The notes under the pieces were generated by a model, which saw only the letters and a program-made list of their open reading frames with translations, searched no databases and had not been told where the DNA came from. From NCBI GenBank assembly GCA_947481575.1, contig CANKGV010000015.1:15-64014 (forward strand): a stretch of DNA of 64,000 bases. Direction: 5' to 3'. How positions within the stretch are numbered: position 1 is the stretch's first letter; the number at the start of each line of letters is the position of its first letter. Below, in pieces: positions 52,551 through 62,089 of this stretch. The translations under genes were made by a program, and so were the position numbers. This stretch comes from Alphaproteobacteria bacterium. Its GTDB lineage: Bacteria; Pseudomonadota; Alphaproteobacteria; UBA2966; CAIVPW01.

Positions 52551-55500
52551 TGAATATCAGTGAACTGCTGGCGGCGCGGGGCCGGACGATCCTGTCCGGC
52601 GCGCCGGATGGGGTAGATGCGCTGGCACTTGCTCAGGCCGCCCCTGGCCGGACGATCCTCCATGTTGCCACCCACGACATCCGCGTCCCGGCGCTGGCGC
52701 AGGCATTGGCGTTCTTTGCCCCGTCGGTCGAGGTTCTGACGTTCCCGTCCTGGGACTGCATGCCGTACGACCGGGTCTCGCCACGCAATGGACTGGTCAG
52801 CCAACGGATGGAGACGTTGGGCCGCCTTGCCGCCGCACCGAATGCACCTGCGGCCGGCCGTATCGTTCTTGCTACGGCATCCGGAGTGACTCAACGAGTG
52901 CCGCCCCGCAGCGCCGTGGCCGGGGCGAGTTTCGATATTCGCAAGAAGGCGACCCTCGATATTGCCGCGTTGACCGCCTACTTCGCCCGCGACGGGTATG
53001 CCCGAGTCGGTACCGTGCGGGAACCTGGCGAGTTCGCCATGCGCGGCGGGATTCTTGACGTCTTCCCACCGGGCCGCGAGGAGCCGGTTCGCCTTGACCT
53101 ATTCGGAGAGGTGTTGGAAGGCATTCGGACGTTCGACCCGCTGACTCAGCGCACAACAGGAGAAATCGAGTCCCTGGAGCTGCGCGCTGCTTCGGAAATT
53201 TTGCTCGACGTCGCATCGATCGCGCGGTTCCGCGCAGCGTACGGCTCTCGCTTCGGTGCAGTAGGTGACGACGACCCATTGTATACCGCGATAAGTGCGG
53301 GACGACGCCACGCCGGCGCCGAACAATGGCTTCCCCTATTCCACGAACGGGTCGAAACATTGTTCGACTACTTGCCCGGGGCGGCGATAACGCTGGATCA
53401 CGGATTGGAGGATGCTCGGCAGGAACGTATGGGCCTGATTGCGGAATCCTACCGCGTGCGTTCCCGCGCCAGAGACGAAGACGACGGCGTGCCGTACCGG
53501 CCGCTGCCGCCAGACAACCTGTACCTGACTAATACCGAGTGGGACCAAGCGCTAGCGGACCGTGCGGTGGGGCAGTTTTCGCCGTTCCGCATGCCCCCAG
53601 GGCCGGGCGCCGTTGACGTCGGTGGCGTTCAGGGCCGCAACTTCGCTGTGGAGCGCGTTGCGTCCGGGCCGTCCGCTGGTGGCGGCCTCGTGCTCGACAC
53701 CGTGCGCGATCACATCGCCAAGCAGCGCGCCGCTGGGCGCCGAGTGATCGTAGCAGGCTACACCGCGGGGTCCCGCGACCGTCTCGGGACAATGCTCCAC
53801 GAGCACGGCGTTGATCCGCTGATGGCCGTTCGGGAGTGGTCGGATGCCTTGGCGCTGCCGCCGGAGGCCGTCGCACTGGCAATCCTGCCAATCGAACATG
53901 GCTTCGAGGCCGATTCGATTGCCGTCTTGGCGGAGCAGGACATCCTGGGCGAACGCATGTCCCGCCCCGGGCGCCGTAGCCGCAAGGCAGAGGACTTTCT
54001 CAGGGAAGTCTCTGCGCTGTCGCCAGGCGACCTCGTGGTGCACGTCGACCACGGTATCGGCCGGTTCCTCGGACTGGAAACGCTCGACGTACAGGACCGC
54101 CCCCACGACTGCGTTGCGTTGACCTACGAGGACGGGGACAAACTCTACATCCCCGTCGAAAACATCGAAGTCATCTCCCGCTACGGGGGTGACGAGAGCG
54201 AGGCGATCCTCGACAAGCTCGGCGGATCGGCCTGGCAAGCCCGTAAGGCGCGTGCCCGCAACCGCATCAAGGAAATTGCCGGCGACCTGCTCAAGGTGGC
54301 AGCGGAGCGAGCGCTCCGCGAGGCCCCAAAATTGGTTGTTGCGCCGGGGCTCTACGGCGAGTTCTGTGCGCGATTCCCCTACGCCGAGACGGAGGACCAG
54401 GAGCGCACGATCGCGGAAGTTCTGGCCGATATGTCGTCCGGCCGGCCAATGGACCGCCTAGTGTGCGGTGACGTGGGCTTCGGCAAGACCGAAGTGGCAT
54501 TGCGCGCCGCATTTGTTGCGGCGATGGCCGGCAAGCAAGTGGCTGTCGTTGCGCCTACCACCTTGCTGGTGCGGCAGCACGCCAAGGTGTTTCGCGAACG
54601 CCTCAGCGGTTGGCCCATTCGGATCAACTCGCTCTCGCGAATGGTCAAGGGCAAGGAAGCCGATGAGACCCGTCGCGAATTGGCGGACGGCAGGACCGAC
54701 GTCATCGTCGGCACGCACTCGCTGCTCGCCAAGAGCATCCAGTTCAAAGACTTGGGCTTGCTGATCATCGACGAGGAACAGCGGTTCGGGGTGACGCACA
54801 AGGAGCGGCTGAAGGAGCTGCGGGCGAACATCCATGTGCTGACGCTCACGGCGACCCCGATTCCGCGAACCTTGCAGATGGCACTGGCCGGAATTCGTGA
54901 GTTGAGCCTGATCGCCACCCCGCCAGTGGACCGCTTGGCGGTTCGGACCTTCATTCTTCCGTTCGATGCGGTGGTGGTGCGCGAGGCACTGCTCAGGGAG
55001 CGAGCACGGGGGGGGCAGTCGTTCTATGTGTGCCCGCGCGTTTCGGACCTGCCGGCGGCGGTCGAGTTCATCCAGCACCAAGTTCCTGGAATCCCAATAT
55101 CGGTGGCCCACGGGCGCCTGACCCCAACCGAACTCGAACAGGTCATGGGGGAGTTCTATGACCGCAAGACCGAAGTCCTGATCGCGACCAACATCATCGA
55201 GTCGGGCCTCGATATTCCGAGCGCGAACACAATGATCATCCACCGCGCCGACATGTTCGGACTGGCGGAGTTGTACCAGCTCCGCGGTCGCATTGGCCGG
55301 TCCAAGGTCCGCGGGTACGCGTACCTCACTACACCTGCGGGCCGCACACCTAGCGCAGGCGCGGAGAGACGCCTTCGTGTGATGCAGGCGCTCGACGAAC
55401 TCGGCGCCGGCTTTACGCTCGCGAGCCACGACCTGGATATTCGCGGTGCCGGCAACCTCCTTGGTTCCGAGCAGTCCGGGCACATCAAAGAGGTCGGGTT

Positions 55501-56098
55501 CGAGCTCTATCAGCGAATGCTGGAGGAGGCAGTGGCTGCCGCCCGCACAGATGTCGCGACCGAGACCGCAGCGGAAGAAATGTGGTCCCCGCAGATCAAC
55601 GTTGGAACAGCTGTGCTTATCCCTGAGACATACGTTGCAGACCTAGATGTTCGGTTGGGTCTGTATCGACGTGTCGCAGAGTTGCACACGGACGCCGAGG
55701 TGCAGGCCTTCGGCGCCGAGTTGATCGACCGCTTTGGTCCGCTTCCCGAGGAAGTGGAGCACCTGCTCCAAATCGTCACGATAAAGCAGCTACTCCGCGT
55801 CGCGGCCGTAGCCCGATTGGACGCGGGCCCGAAGGGAGCGACCGTCGTGTTCCGAAACGACCAATTCGCCAACCCCGCCGGTCTCGTGCAGTTTATCGCC
55901 GCCGAACGAGGTCGCGCCAAACTGCGTCCGGACCAACGCCTTGTGTTCTTGGCGGAGTGGGCGCGCGAAGGTCATCGCCTAACCGGGGTTCGTTACCTCG
56001 CCGATCGCTTGGCAAGGATCGCCACTTCGGCCGACCAAGCGACGCGGCAGGCGGAGGCCAAGCTGATCAAGCAACCGGCCCGCGCCCCTGGCCGCTAA
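52547..56098 (+). CDS. mfd: Transcription-repair coupling factor
   Basis: 1183 aa; UvrB-homology N-terminus, RNAP-interacting domain, helicase motifs (GDVGFGKTEVALRAAF, DEEQRFG), TRG motif. Confidence 0.95.
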   Translation: MMNISELLAARGRTILSGAPDGVDALALAQAAPGRTILHVATHDIRVPALAQALAFFAPSVEVLTFPSWDCMPYDRVSPRNGLVSQRMETLGRLAAAPNAPAAGRIVLATASGVTQRVPPRSAVAGASFDIRKKATLDIAALTAYFARDGYARVGTVREPGEFAMRGGILDVFPPGREEPVRLDLFGEVLEGIRTFDPLTQRTTGEIESLELRAASEILLDVASIARFRAAYGSRFGAVGDDDPLYTAISAGRRHAGAEQWLPLFHERVETLFDYLPGAAITLDHGLEDARQERMGLIAESYRVRSRARDEDDGVPYRPLPPDNLYLTNTEWDQALADRAVGQFSPFRMPPGPGAVDVGGVQGRNFAVERVASGPSAGGGLVLDTVRDHIAKQRAAGRRVIVAGYTAGSRDRLGTMLHEHGVDPLMAVREWSDALALPPEAVALAILPIEHGFEADSIAVLAEQDILGERMSRPGRRSRKAEDFLREVSALSPGDLVVHVDHGIGRFLGLETLDVQDRPHDCVALTYEDGDKLYIPVENIEVISRYGGDESEAILDKLGGSAWQARKARARNRIKEIAGDLLKVAAERALREAPKLVVAPGLYGEFCARFPYAETEDQERTIAEVLADMSSGRPMDRLVCGDVGFGKTEVALRAAFVAAMAGKQVAVVAPTTLLVRQHAKVFRERLSGWPIRINSLSRMVKGKEADETRRELADGRTDVIVGTHSLLAKSIQFKDLGLLIIDEEQRFGVTHKERLKELRANIHVLTLTATPIPRTLQMALAGIRELSLIATPPVDRLAVRTFILPFDAVVVREALLRERARGGQSFYVCPRVSDLPAAVEFIQHQVPGIPISVAHGRLTPTELEQVMGEFYDRKTEVLIATNIIESGLDIPSANTMIIHRADMFGLAELYQLRGRIGRSKVRGYAYLTTPAGRTPSAGAERRLRVMQALDELGAGFTLASHDLDIRGAGNLLGSEQSGHIKEVGFELYQRMLEEAVAAARTDVATETAAEEMWSPQINVGTAVLIPETYVADLDVRLGLYRRVAELHTDAEVQAFGAELIDRFGPLPEEVEHLLQIVTIKQLLRVAAVARLDAGPKGATVVFRNDQFANPAGLVQFIAAERGRAKLRPDQRLVFLAEWAREGHRLTGVRYLADRLARIATSADQATRQAEAKLIKQPARAPGR

Positions 56099-56142
56099 CG
56101 ACGCATTGACTGCATTCTTCGGATCGGATCAGGTTCGCACCC

Positions 56143-56652
56143 ATGATCGAACGCAACATCGAACGCGCCCTGTTTGCCAGCCGCTGGCTCATGGCGCCCT
56201 TTTTTCTCGGCCTGGTGGTCGCGCTACCGCTTGTCCTCCTGAAGTTCGTGCAGGAGCTGATTCACTTGGCGCCAGGCGTCCTCTCGATGGATGCCAACTC
56301 AATGATCTTGGCGGTCTTGGGCTTGATTGACCTCACGCTGGTTGCCGCCTTGGTGCTGATGATGATCTTGGCTGGGTACGAGAACTTCGTTTCCAAGATC
56401 GAGACTCCCGACCATTCGGATCGGCCGTCGTGGATGGGCCACGTTGATTTCGGCGACCTGAAGCTGAAGGTGATTGGTTCTCTCGTTGCCATTTCCGCAA
56501 TCCAGCTGCTCCGGGCGTTTCTGGAGATTCAGGACTACACGACCAGCGACCTAGGATGGCTCGTTGGCATCCACCTGACGTTCGTGGTCTCGGGTGTCTT
56601 GCTAGCCTTGATGGACCGGATCGCCGAGGGCGGCGGCAAGCCGAAGCACTAG
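56143..56652 (+). CDS. UPF0114/YqhA-family membrane protein
   Basis: MIERNIERALFASRWLMAPFFLGL… with ~4 TM helices, typical of UPF0114. Confidence 0.7.
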   Translation: MIERNIERALFASRWLMAPFFLGLVVALPLVLLKFVQELIHLAPGVLSMDANSMILAVLGLIDLTLVAALVLMMILAGYENFVSKIETPDHSDRPSWMGHVDFGDLKLKVIGSLVAISAIQLLRAFLEIQDYTTSDLGWLVGIHLTFVVSGVLLALMDRIAEGGGKPKH

Positions 56653-56665
56653 GGCTTCCTTGGCA

Positions 56666-59188
56666 TTAGCGGGCGGAGGGGAGTTCCTTCCCGCCGCTCA
56701 CCAGCACCGCGCAGTCGTACAGCGTCGCGGCGAGCTGGATGCCACTCGAGAGTACCAAGTACCGAGGGGACCATTCCGGCGCAAACTTGTCGGCGCTCCC
56801 CCGAATCGCCTCCAAATCCGCGCCCGGCGATCCGTCGCCGTAGAGGTATCGCCCGACGCGGCGCCAGATCGGGGCCAGCGGGTCACTGGCAAGCTCCGGC
56901 ATGGGCACCAACCCCAAGTCGAACCAGAGCGCGCGCGTGCGCGCCCAGGTAAGTACTTCTGCCCTCAGGAAGTCCCCCATCCCCGCAGGACACGATGGAT
57001 CCCAACGAAGCAGATCGATGGCTACGTCGCCGCCTTCCGCACCGACCAAGATGGTAGCGAACGCCACCACGGCGCCTTCCCGTCGGACGACGGCGCAGGG
57101 CGTGGTAACCACGTAAACCGGATCGAACAATCCGAACGCAAAGCGCCGCTCGTTGCCCCCACTGGCACCTAACCAGCGCTCTGACACCCGGCTGAGATCC
57201 GGCAATAGCGCCGCTACATCGGCGCTTGCGACAACCTCGAACTGATACCCGGCGCGCGTCAGGTCACGCGCCTCGGCGATCGCCGCATTGGCCGAAGAGA
57301 GCGACGACAGAGCAACTCGTGCCTCGTCGCCGATGCGAAACGTCGTAAGCCCAACGTCGGCAAAGGTCGCACTCAGACGGTCGCTTACTTGGTAGATCAC
57401 TGGGCTGGCGCTGAACCATTCGCACAGCTCGCGAAAATGCCAGATCAAGTCGGCGTGCTCTTCCTCGGGCCCAACGGGCTCGCCCAGTGCGATCCAACTC
57501 TTGCCGTGAATCCCATACATGAGGAACGCACGGCCACTTTCACTAAAGAGAATGCGTTTATCGCCCAGCAGCGCTAGGTGCCCGTGCGCGGCGTGCGAAA
57601 CGTGAAGGATGGAGCGAACCACGCTCATGTCGGCAGCTATCGGCAGGCCAGGGCGTGGCGTGCGCCCACGAATCATGACGTACAGCACCAACAGTACCAC
57701 CGCGGCGAGCACAATCAGCTCCGCACGCACGAACCGGGGCGTGTCCGCGGCGTACGAGAATCGCGTCAACTGCAGTCCGCGCAGGGCCCCCATTCGGTGT
57801 AGGAGTACGCCGATCCATGCTGCCGCGGCTGCGACGACGACCATCCCTGCGGCCCAGGTTGCTGGCAAGGGCAAGGCGACGAACGAACTGCGCCGATAAA
57901 ATGCGGCACGCGCCGGAATCAGCGCTGCCAGCACGACGCTGACGCCGATTGCCTCTTCGTAGTCGAGGCCTTTCAGCAACATCGCAACGATGCCAACGCC
58001 AAGCAGCCCGCTGGCGAGCCAATACGCCGTTGCGAGACGGCGATAGAGGCCGCGCGCGACCCACATCAGCGCGAACCCGGCCAAGCAACTGATCGCTTGC
58101 GCGGCCTCGATCATCGGCAGGGGTATGGCTTGCCGCAGTACTGCGATGCGCGCAGCGGACGCCGGGGTGGCGCCGCTGAACATCAAGATCGCTCCGCCGA
58201 CGAATGCGCACAGGCCCAGTAGGGTAGGGGACAGGCGCCATACCGCGGTGCCCGCTTGCGCGACGAACCTCCGCCCGCGAATCACCTCCGAGGCGGTCAG
58301 CGTGATCGCAGCGACGCCCAACGGCACCAAGTAGTAGACCAACCGGAATGCGACCGCACCGCCGAGTACGGCTGCGGAGGGTGCCTCGGGGAGCAAGAGC
58401 AGCAGCGCCGATTCAAACACGCCCAAACCGCCGGGCACGTTGCTGATTAGGCCCGCCGAAACCGCCAGGGCGTAGACACCGACGAATACAGGAAGCGACA
58501 CCCCCACGTCGGCGTGGAGGAGCGAGTACAGTATCGTTCCCGCTAACGAGAGGTCGGCAACCGCCATTGCAATTTGGGTCAGGGCGACCTGCGGTTTTGG
58601 AATCGGCACGTTCCAGGCGCCGATTCGGATATTCCCGGTCCGGAAGAAGCAGATCACCGGGTAGGACGCGACCGCCAACAGGGTAAGCGCACCGCCGATA
58701 CGGATCGGCAGCAGCGGCAAGCCGACGACCGCCTGGGCGGCGCGCGGCTCGAACAACAGGGCGCAGCCGACGAGGGTGGTAGCGCCGAGAGCGACGCTAA
58801 ATGCGCAGAACACGGTGACGATCGCGATCTCGGCGGGGCTGACGCCAACTTCGCCGTGAATGCGATAGCGCAGGGGAGCCCCGGTGACGAAGCCGAAACC
58901 TGCGTTGTGGCTGACCGCAAAGCTCAGGAACGACGCCAGCGCGATGCGCCAATAGGCGATTTTGCGGCCAATATGGTGGAACGCCAGCACATCGTAGAGC
59001 GTCAGCCACCAGTAACTTGCCGCCGCAAGGGCCAGCGCCAGGAGCACTTGGCCCGTCTGCAGGTTCTGGACCGCTGTCATGATCTCGCGCGGGCGGATCC
59101 CGCGCAGCTGGTGCCAAAGCAGCCACGCGGCGGCGACAAAGATCACCACCGTAATGATGGGCGTAAGACGCTTACTCATGCGGAACAC
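56666..59188 (-). CDS. mprF: Bifunctional lysylphosphatidylglycerol synthase/flippase MprF-family protein
   Basis: 840 aa; N-terminal polytopic flippase domain plus a C-terminal aminoacyl-PG synthase domain (…FGLFDPVYVVTT…LRWDPS…). Confidence 0.8.
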   Translation of the reverse strand: MFRMSKRLTPIITVVIFVAAAWLLWHQLRGIRPREIMTAVQNLQTGQVLLALALAAASYWWLTLYDVLAFHHIGRKIAYWRIALASFLSFAVSHNAGFGFVTGAPLRYRIHGEVGVSPAEIAIVTVFCAFSVALGATTLVGCALLFEPRAAQAVVGLPLLPIRIGGALTLLAVASYPVICFFRTGNIRIGAWNVPIPKPQVALTQIAMAVADLSLAGTILYSLLHADVGVSLPVFVGVYALAVSAGLISNVPGGLGVFESALLLLLPEAPSAAVLGGAVAFRLVYYLVPLGVAAITLTASEVIRGRRFVAQAGTAVWRLSPTLLGLCAFVGGAILMFSGATPASAARIAVLRQAIPLPMIEAAQAISCLAGFALMWVARGLYRRLATAYWLASGLLGVGIVAMLLKGLDYEEAIGVSVVLAALIPARAAFYRRSSFVALPLPATWAAGMVVVAAAAAWIGVLLHRMGALRGLQLTRFSYAADTPRFVRAELIVLAAVVLLVLYVMIRGRTPRPGLPIAADMSVVRSILHVSHAAHGHLALLGDKRILFSESGRAFLMYGIHGKSWIALGEPVGPEEEHADLIWHFRELCEWFSASPVIYQVSDRLSATFADVGLTTFRIGDEARVALSSLSSANAAIAEARDLTRAGYQFEVVASADVAALLPDLSRVSERWLGASGGNERRFAFGLFDPVYVVTTPCAVVRREGAVVAFATILVGAEGGDVAIDLLRWDPSCPAGMGDFLRAEVLTWARTRALWFDLGLVPMPELASDPLAPIWRRVGRYLYGDGSPGADLEAIRGSADKFAPEWSPRYLVLSSGIQLAATLYDCAVLVSGGKELPSAR

Positions 59189-59313
59189 AACCTAGGGGGT
59201 CCGCCCGCCGTAGCAAAGAGCGTCCAGCCATAGCGCTGTTGTGAAACGGGAAGCGGTGGATTGGCCGCGCCCGATTGGTCACAATCGTCGCCTTGCCTGC
59301 AGGGAGATAGCCT

Positions 59314-60465
59314 ATGCCAGCCATCGTCACACGTCCCCTTCTTGGTGCCGCATCTGCCGCGATCTTGGCCGCAATCGCGACGGTCGCCAGCGCCCAGCAG
59401 GTGCTGATTGTCGGCAACGACAACAAGAGCCAGGGCTTGGGCAAGGACCAAATCCAGATATTCGACATTGCCGACCCGGCAAACCCGAAGCTAAGCGTCA
59501 GCCTTGCATTGGAAAACTCCCTCTCTGGCCCGCCGACCAACATGGCAGTGGTTCCGGGGAATCAGATTGCGCTGGTCGCCAACTCTGTTCACGCGACCGA
59601 GGAAGCCGGTCGTCGGGTTCAGAACCCTGGCAGCCAGTTGTACGTCATCGACCTGACGGCAAGACCACCTGCGCTATTGGCCACGATCGAGACCGGAAAG
59701 CAGCCGTCCGGTCTGGCGGTCAGCCCCAAGGGCGATCTGGCCATGGTCACGTTCCGCAACGACAACGCGATCGGCGTGTTTTCGATCGCGGGCAAGGCGG
59801 TCAAGCTGATCGATACCATCGCCATGGGTGACGCGGTTTCCGCTGTTACGTTTACTCCGGACGGCAAACACGCGTTGGCCGCCAAGGTCAACGTTAGCAA
59901 GATCGCGTGGCTGGACATCGACGGCACCAAGGTCACCTACAACAAGTACGACATGACGGTTGGCGTGTGGCCCTACAACGTTGTCGCGTCCCCTAAAGGG
60001 GACATTGCGCTTGTCGCCAACACCAGCAACAACGGCGGCGCCGATGGCGGCGTGGACACGGTTGCGGTAATCGACCTCACTGCTACGCCGGCGCGGGTGA
60101 TCGACTATGTGACGGTCGGTGATGCCCCCGAAGGCCTGGCCTTTAGCCCCGCTGGCGACTACGCCGTAGTGGCAATTCAGAATGGCGGCAACGCGCGCCC
60201 CGACGCGTTCTATTTCCACAAGAACGGCCTGGTTCAACTTTTGCGCGTCGACGGCAAGAAGGTGACCCGGGTGGGCGCGGCCGAGGTCGGTGGCTTCCCA
60301 GAAGGCATCGCCGTCAGTCCAAACGGTAAGTACGTCTATGTTGGCGGGAACGTTTCCAACGACCTCGCGGTGCTTGAAGTAAACGGAAACACGATCAAGG
60401 AAGTCGGAACCAGGATTAGCCTGCCGGGGCAGATGCCGGCCTCAATGGCGGCGTCCCCGAAGTGA
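59314..60465 (+). CDS. Secreted YVTN-type beta-propeller repeat protein
   Basis: Signal peptide …VASAQQ; repeated ~40-aa units (…GKQPSGLAVSPKGD…, …GDAPEGLAFSPAGD…, …GGFPEGIAVSPNGK…). Confidence 0.65.
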   Translation: MPAIVTRPLLGAASAAILAAIATVASAQQVLIVGNDNKSQGLGKDQIQIFDIADPANPKLSVSLALENSLSGPPTNMAVVPGNQIALVANSVHATEEAGRRVQNPGSQLYVIDLTARPPALLATIETGKQPSGLAVSPKGDLAMVTFRNDNAIGVFSIAGKAVKLIDTIAMGDAVSAVTFTPDGKHALAAKVNVSKIAWLDIDGTKVTYNKYDMTVGVWPYNVVASPKGDIALVANTSNNGGADGGVDTVAVIDLTATPARVIDYVTVGDAPEGLAFSPAGDYAVVAIQNGGNARPDAFYFHKNGLVQLLRVDGKKVTRVGAAEVGGFPEGIAVSPNGKYVYVGGNVSNDLAVLEVNGNTIKEVGTRISLPGQMPASMAASPK

Positions 60466-61049
60466 TTCGCGCCACCATCCTGGCTGCGGTCCTGGCAGTT
60501 GCTGGTACGGCATCCGCGACGGCCGCGACGCTGCTAGAGGCCGACACGGCCTATTTGCGGGGCGACTACACGGTTGCTGAGCGCGACTTCCAAGCACTGC
60601 GCGAAGCGAGCGCATCGCAGTCCGGCGAGCAAACTGTCGAGTACGCGACCTTGTTGGCCAAACAGGCCAACGTCTATCGCGAACAGCAGCGCTATGACCT
60701 GGGCGTGCCGATGGCCGAGTGGGCGGTATCCGTGATGAACGGACTCTTGGGATTTGACGACCGCGGCAGTGCCTTCGCATATGCGACCTTGGCGACCATG
60801 TTTCGCGTGCAGGGCTATGAAGCAGAGGCCTATTTTGCCGAACGCTCCGACAAGTTTATGTGGCAGTCGCTCAAGCTCCTGGAGCGGGAGCGCCGAGCGG
60901 ACAGCGACGAGATCGCCGCACTTCTATTCATCTACTCGACGGTGTTCCACGAAAACGCGCGCGACGTCGAAGGCGATGACCTCGACATCCGCCTCCGCGC
61001 GCTCGGATACGGCGACGGCCGGCTGACGTACACAACCCGGCGACCGTAG
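60462..61049 (+). CDS. Secreted hypothetical alpha-helical protein
   Basis: GTG start overlapping the upstream stop; signal peptide AVAGTASATA; no family recognised. Confidence 0.4.
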   Translation: MIRATILAAVLAVAGTASATAATLLEADTAYLRGDYTVAERDFQALREASASQSGEQTVEYATLLAKQANVYREQQRYDLGVPMAEWAVSVMNGLLGFDDRGSAFAYATLATMFRVQGYEAEAYFAERSDKFMWQSLKLLERERRADSDEIAALLFIYSTVFHENARDVEGDDLDIRLRALGYGDGRLTYTTRRP

Positions 61050-61142
61050 ACCTAGGCACCGGCCCAAAAGGCTGGCTTTCCGCCATTTGTTCGTCGGTCG
61101 TTCAATTGACCGTTGCAGACGCCCTGATACAGCTCGTGGTCA

Positions 61143-61162
61143 TGGCGATGGGGATCGCCGAC
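61143..61162 (+). promoter_or_regulatory. Second copy of the 20-bp palindromic motif TGGCGATGGGGATCGCCGAC
   Basis: Identical to 20344-20363; lies ~100 bp upstream of the truncated PQQ-dehydrogenase reading frame. Confidence 0.5.
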
Positions 61163-61207
61163 GTCCTCGGGCCGCAAAGGTATTGCGCCCAAAACTTCTG
61201 GGAGTGA

Positions 61208-61999
61208 CCTGAGCCCCACGCTGCTGAAGGGCGGGCTTTCAGTCCTGGCAGCGGGCATTGCTTTGACCGTACCAACGGTCAGTTCCTGTACGGCCAGAAG
61301 TACCCGAACGTGGTGACATGGACCGACGGCATCGACCCAAAGACCGGCCGGCCCCTTTCCTACGTCGCGGGGAAGCCGTTGCAGCAGTACAACCCCGGCA
61401 CGGTCGTGAACCCCCGCGGCAACGGCGTGGCCAACGTCTGCCCGGCCACGACCGGCGGCAAGAACTGGGAACCGTCGGCATATAGCCCGCTCACCAAGTC
61501 GCTCTACACCGACTCGGCAGAAGGCTGTGTGCAACGCGCAGTTGTGAAGCTCGATGCTTTCGAGGCGCAGGGCGGCACGGTGAAGAAGCGCGCAAACTGG
61601 ACGGGCGGCGGGACGGTTCCGGCCGGTACGCCGAATACCAACCCGATCACCACCATCACCCGCTACTCGATCAGCAAGATCAACCCGGTCGACGGTAAGG
61701 TCAGCAAGAAGATCATGACCGACTCGAAGAACTGGGGCCTGCTGACGACGGCTGGCGGGCTGGTGTGCGGCGCCACGTACCTCGGCGATATCACCTGCTA
61801 CGACGCGGACACACTCGACATCCTTTGGGTCTACAACGTGGGCACGGCGATTGGAGCTCCACCCATGTCCTTTGCGGTGCAGGGCAAGCAGTACATCGCT
61901 ATCGAAGTCGGTGGCGCGGCCGGTGCGGCAGAAACCGCCCAGCGGCCGGGGACCAAATTCTTTACGCCGTCTAACTTCTTGATGGTGTTTGGTCTGTAG
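61208..61999 (+). pseudogene. Internally deleted second PQQ-dehydrogenase paralog: leader plus C-terminal ~245 codons only
   Basis: The frame is open from 61208; homology to the intact gene resumes at FDRTNGQFLYGQKYPNVVTW (equivalent to residue ~385 of the xoxF-like protein) and runs to …FLMVFGL; first possible start is the GTG at 61310. Confidence 0.7.
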
Positions 62000-62047
62000 G
62001 GTTTCCGTTCCATAGGCCCGGTGGGCCCAGTAACGGTCGCGACTACT

Positions 62048-62085
62048 GCGGGGGAGGTCCAAATGGGCCTCCCCCGTCTCGTTTT
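62048..62085 (+). terminator. Terminator hairpin after the truncated PQQ-dehydrogenase paralog
   Basis: CGGGGGAGGTCC-AAAT-GGGCCTCCCCCG followed by a partly T-rich tract (TCTCGTTTTCC). Confidence 0.7.
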
Positions 62086-62089
62086 CCCG

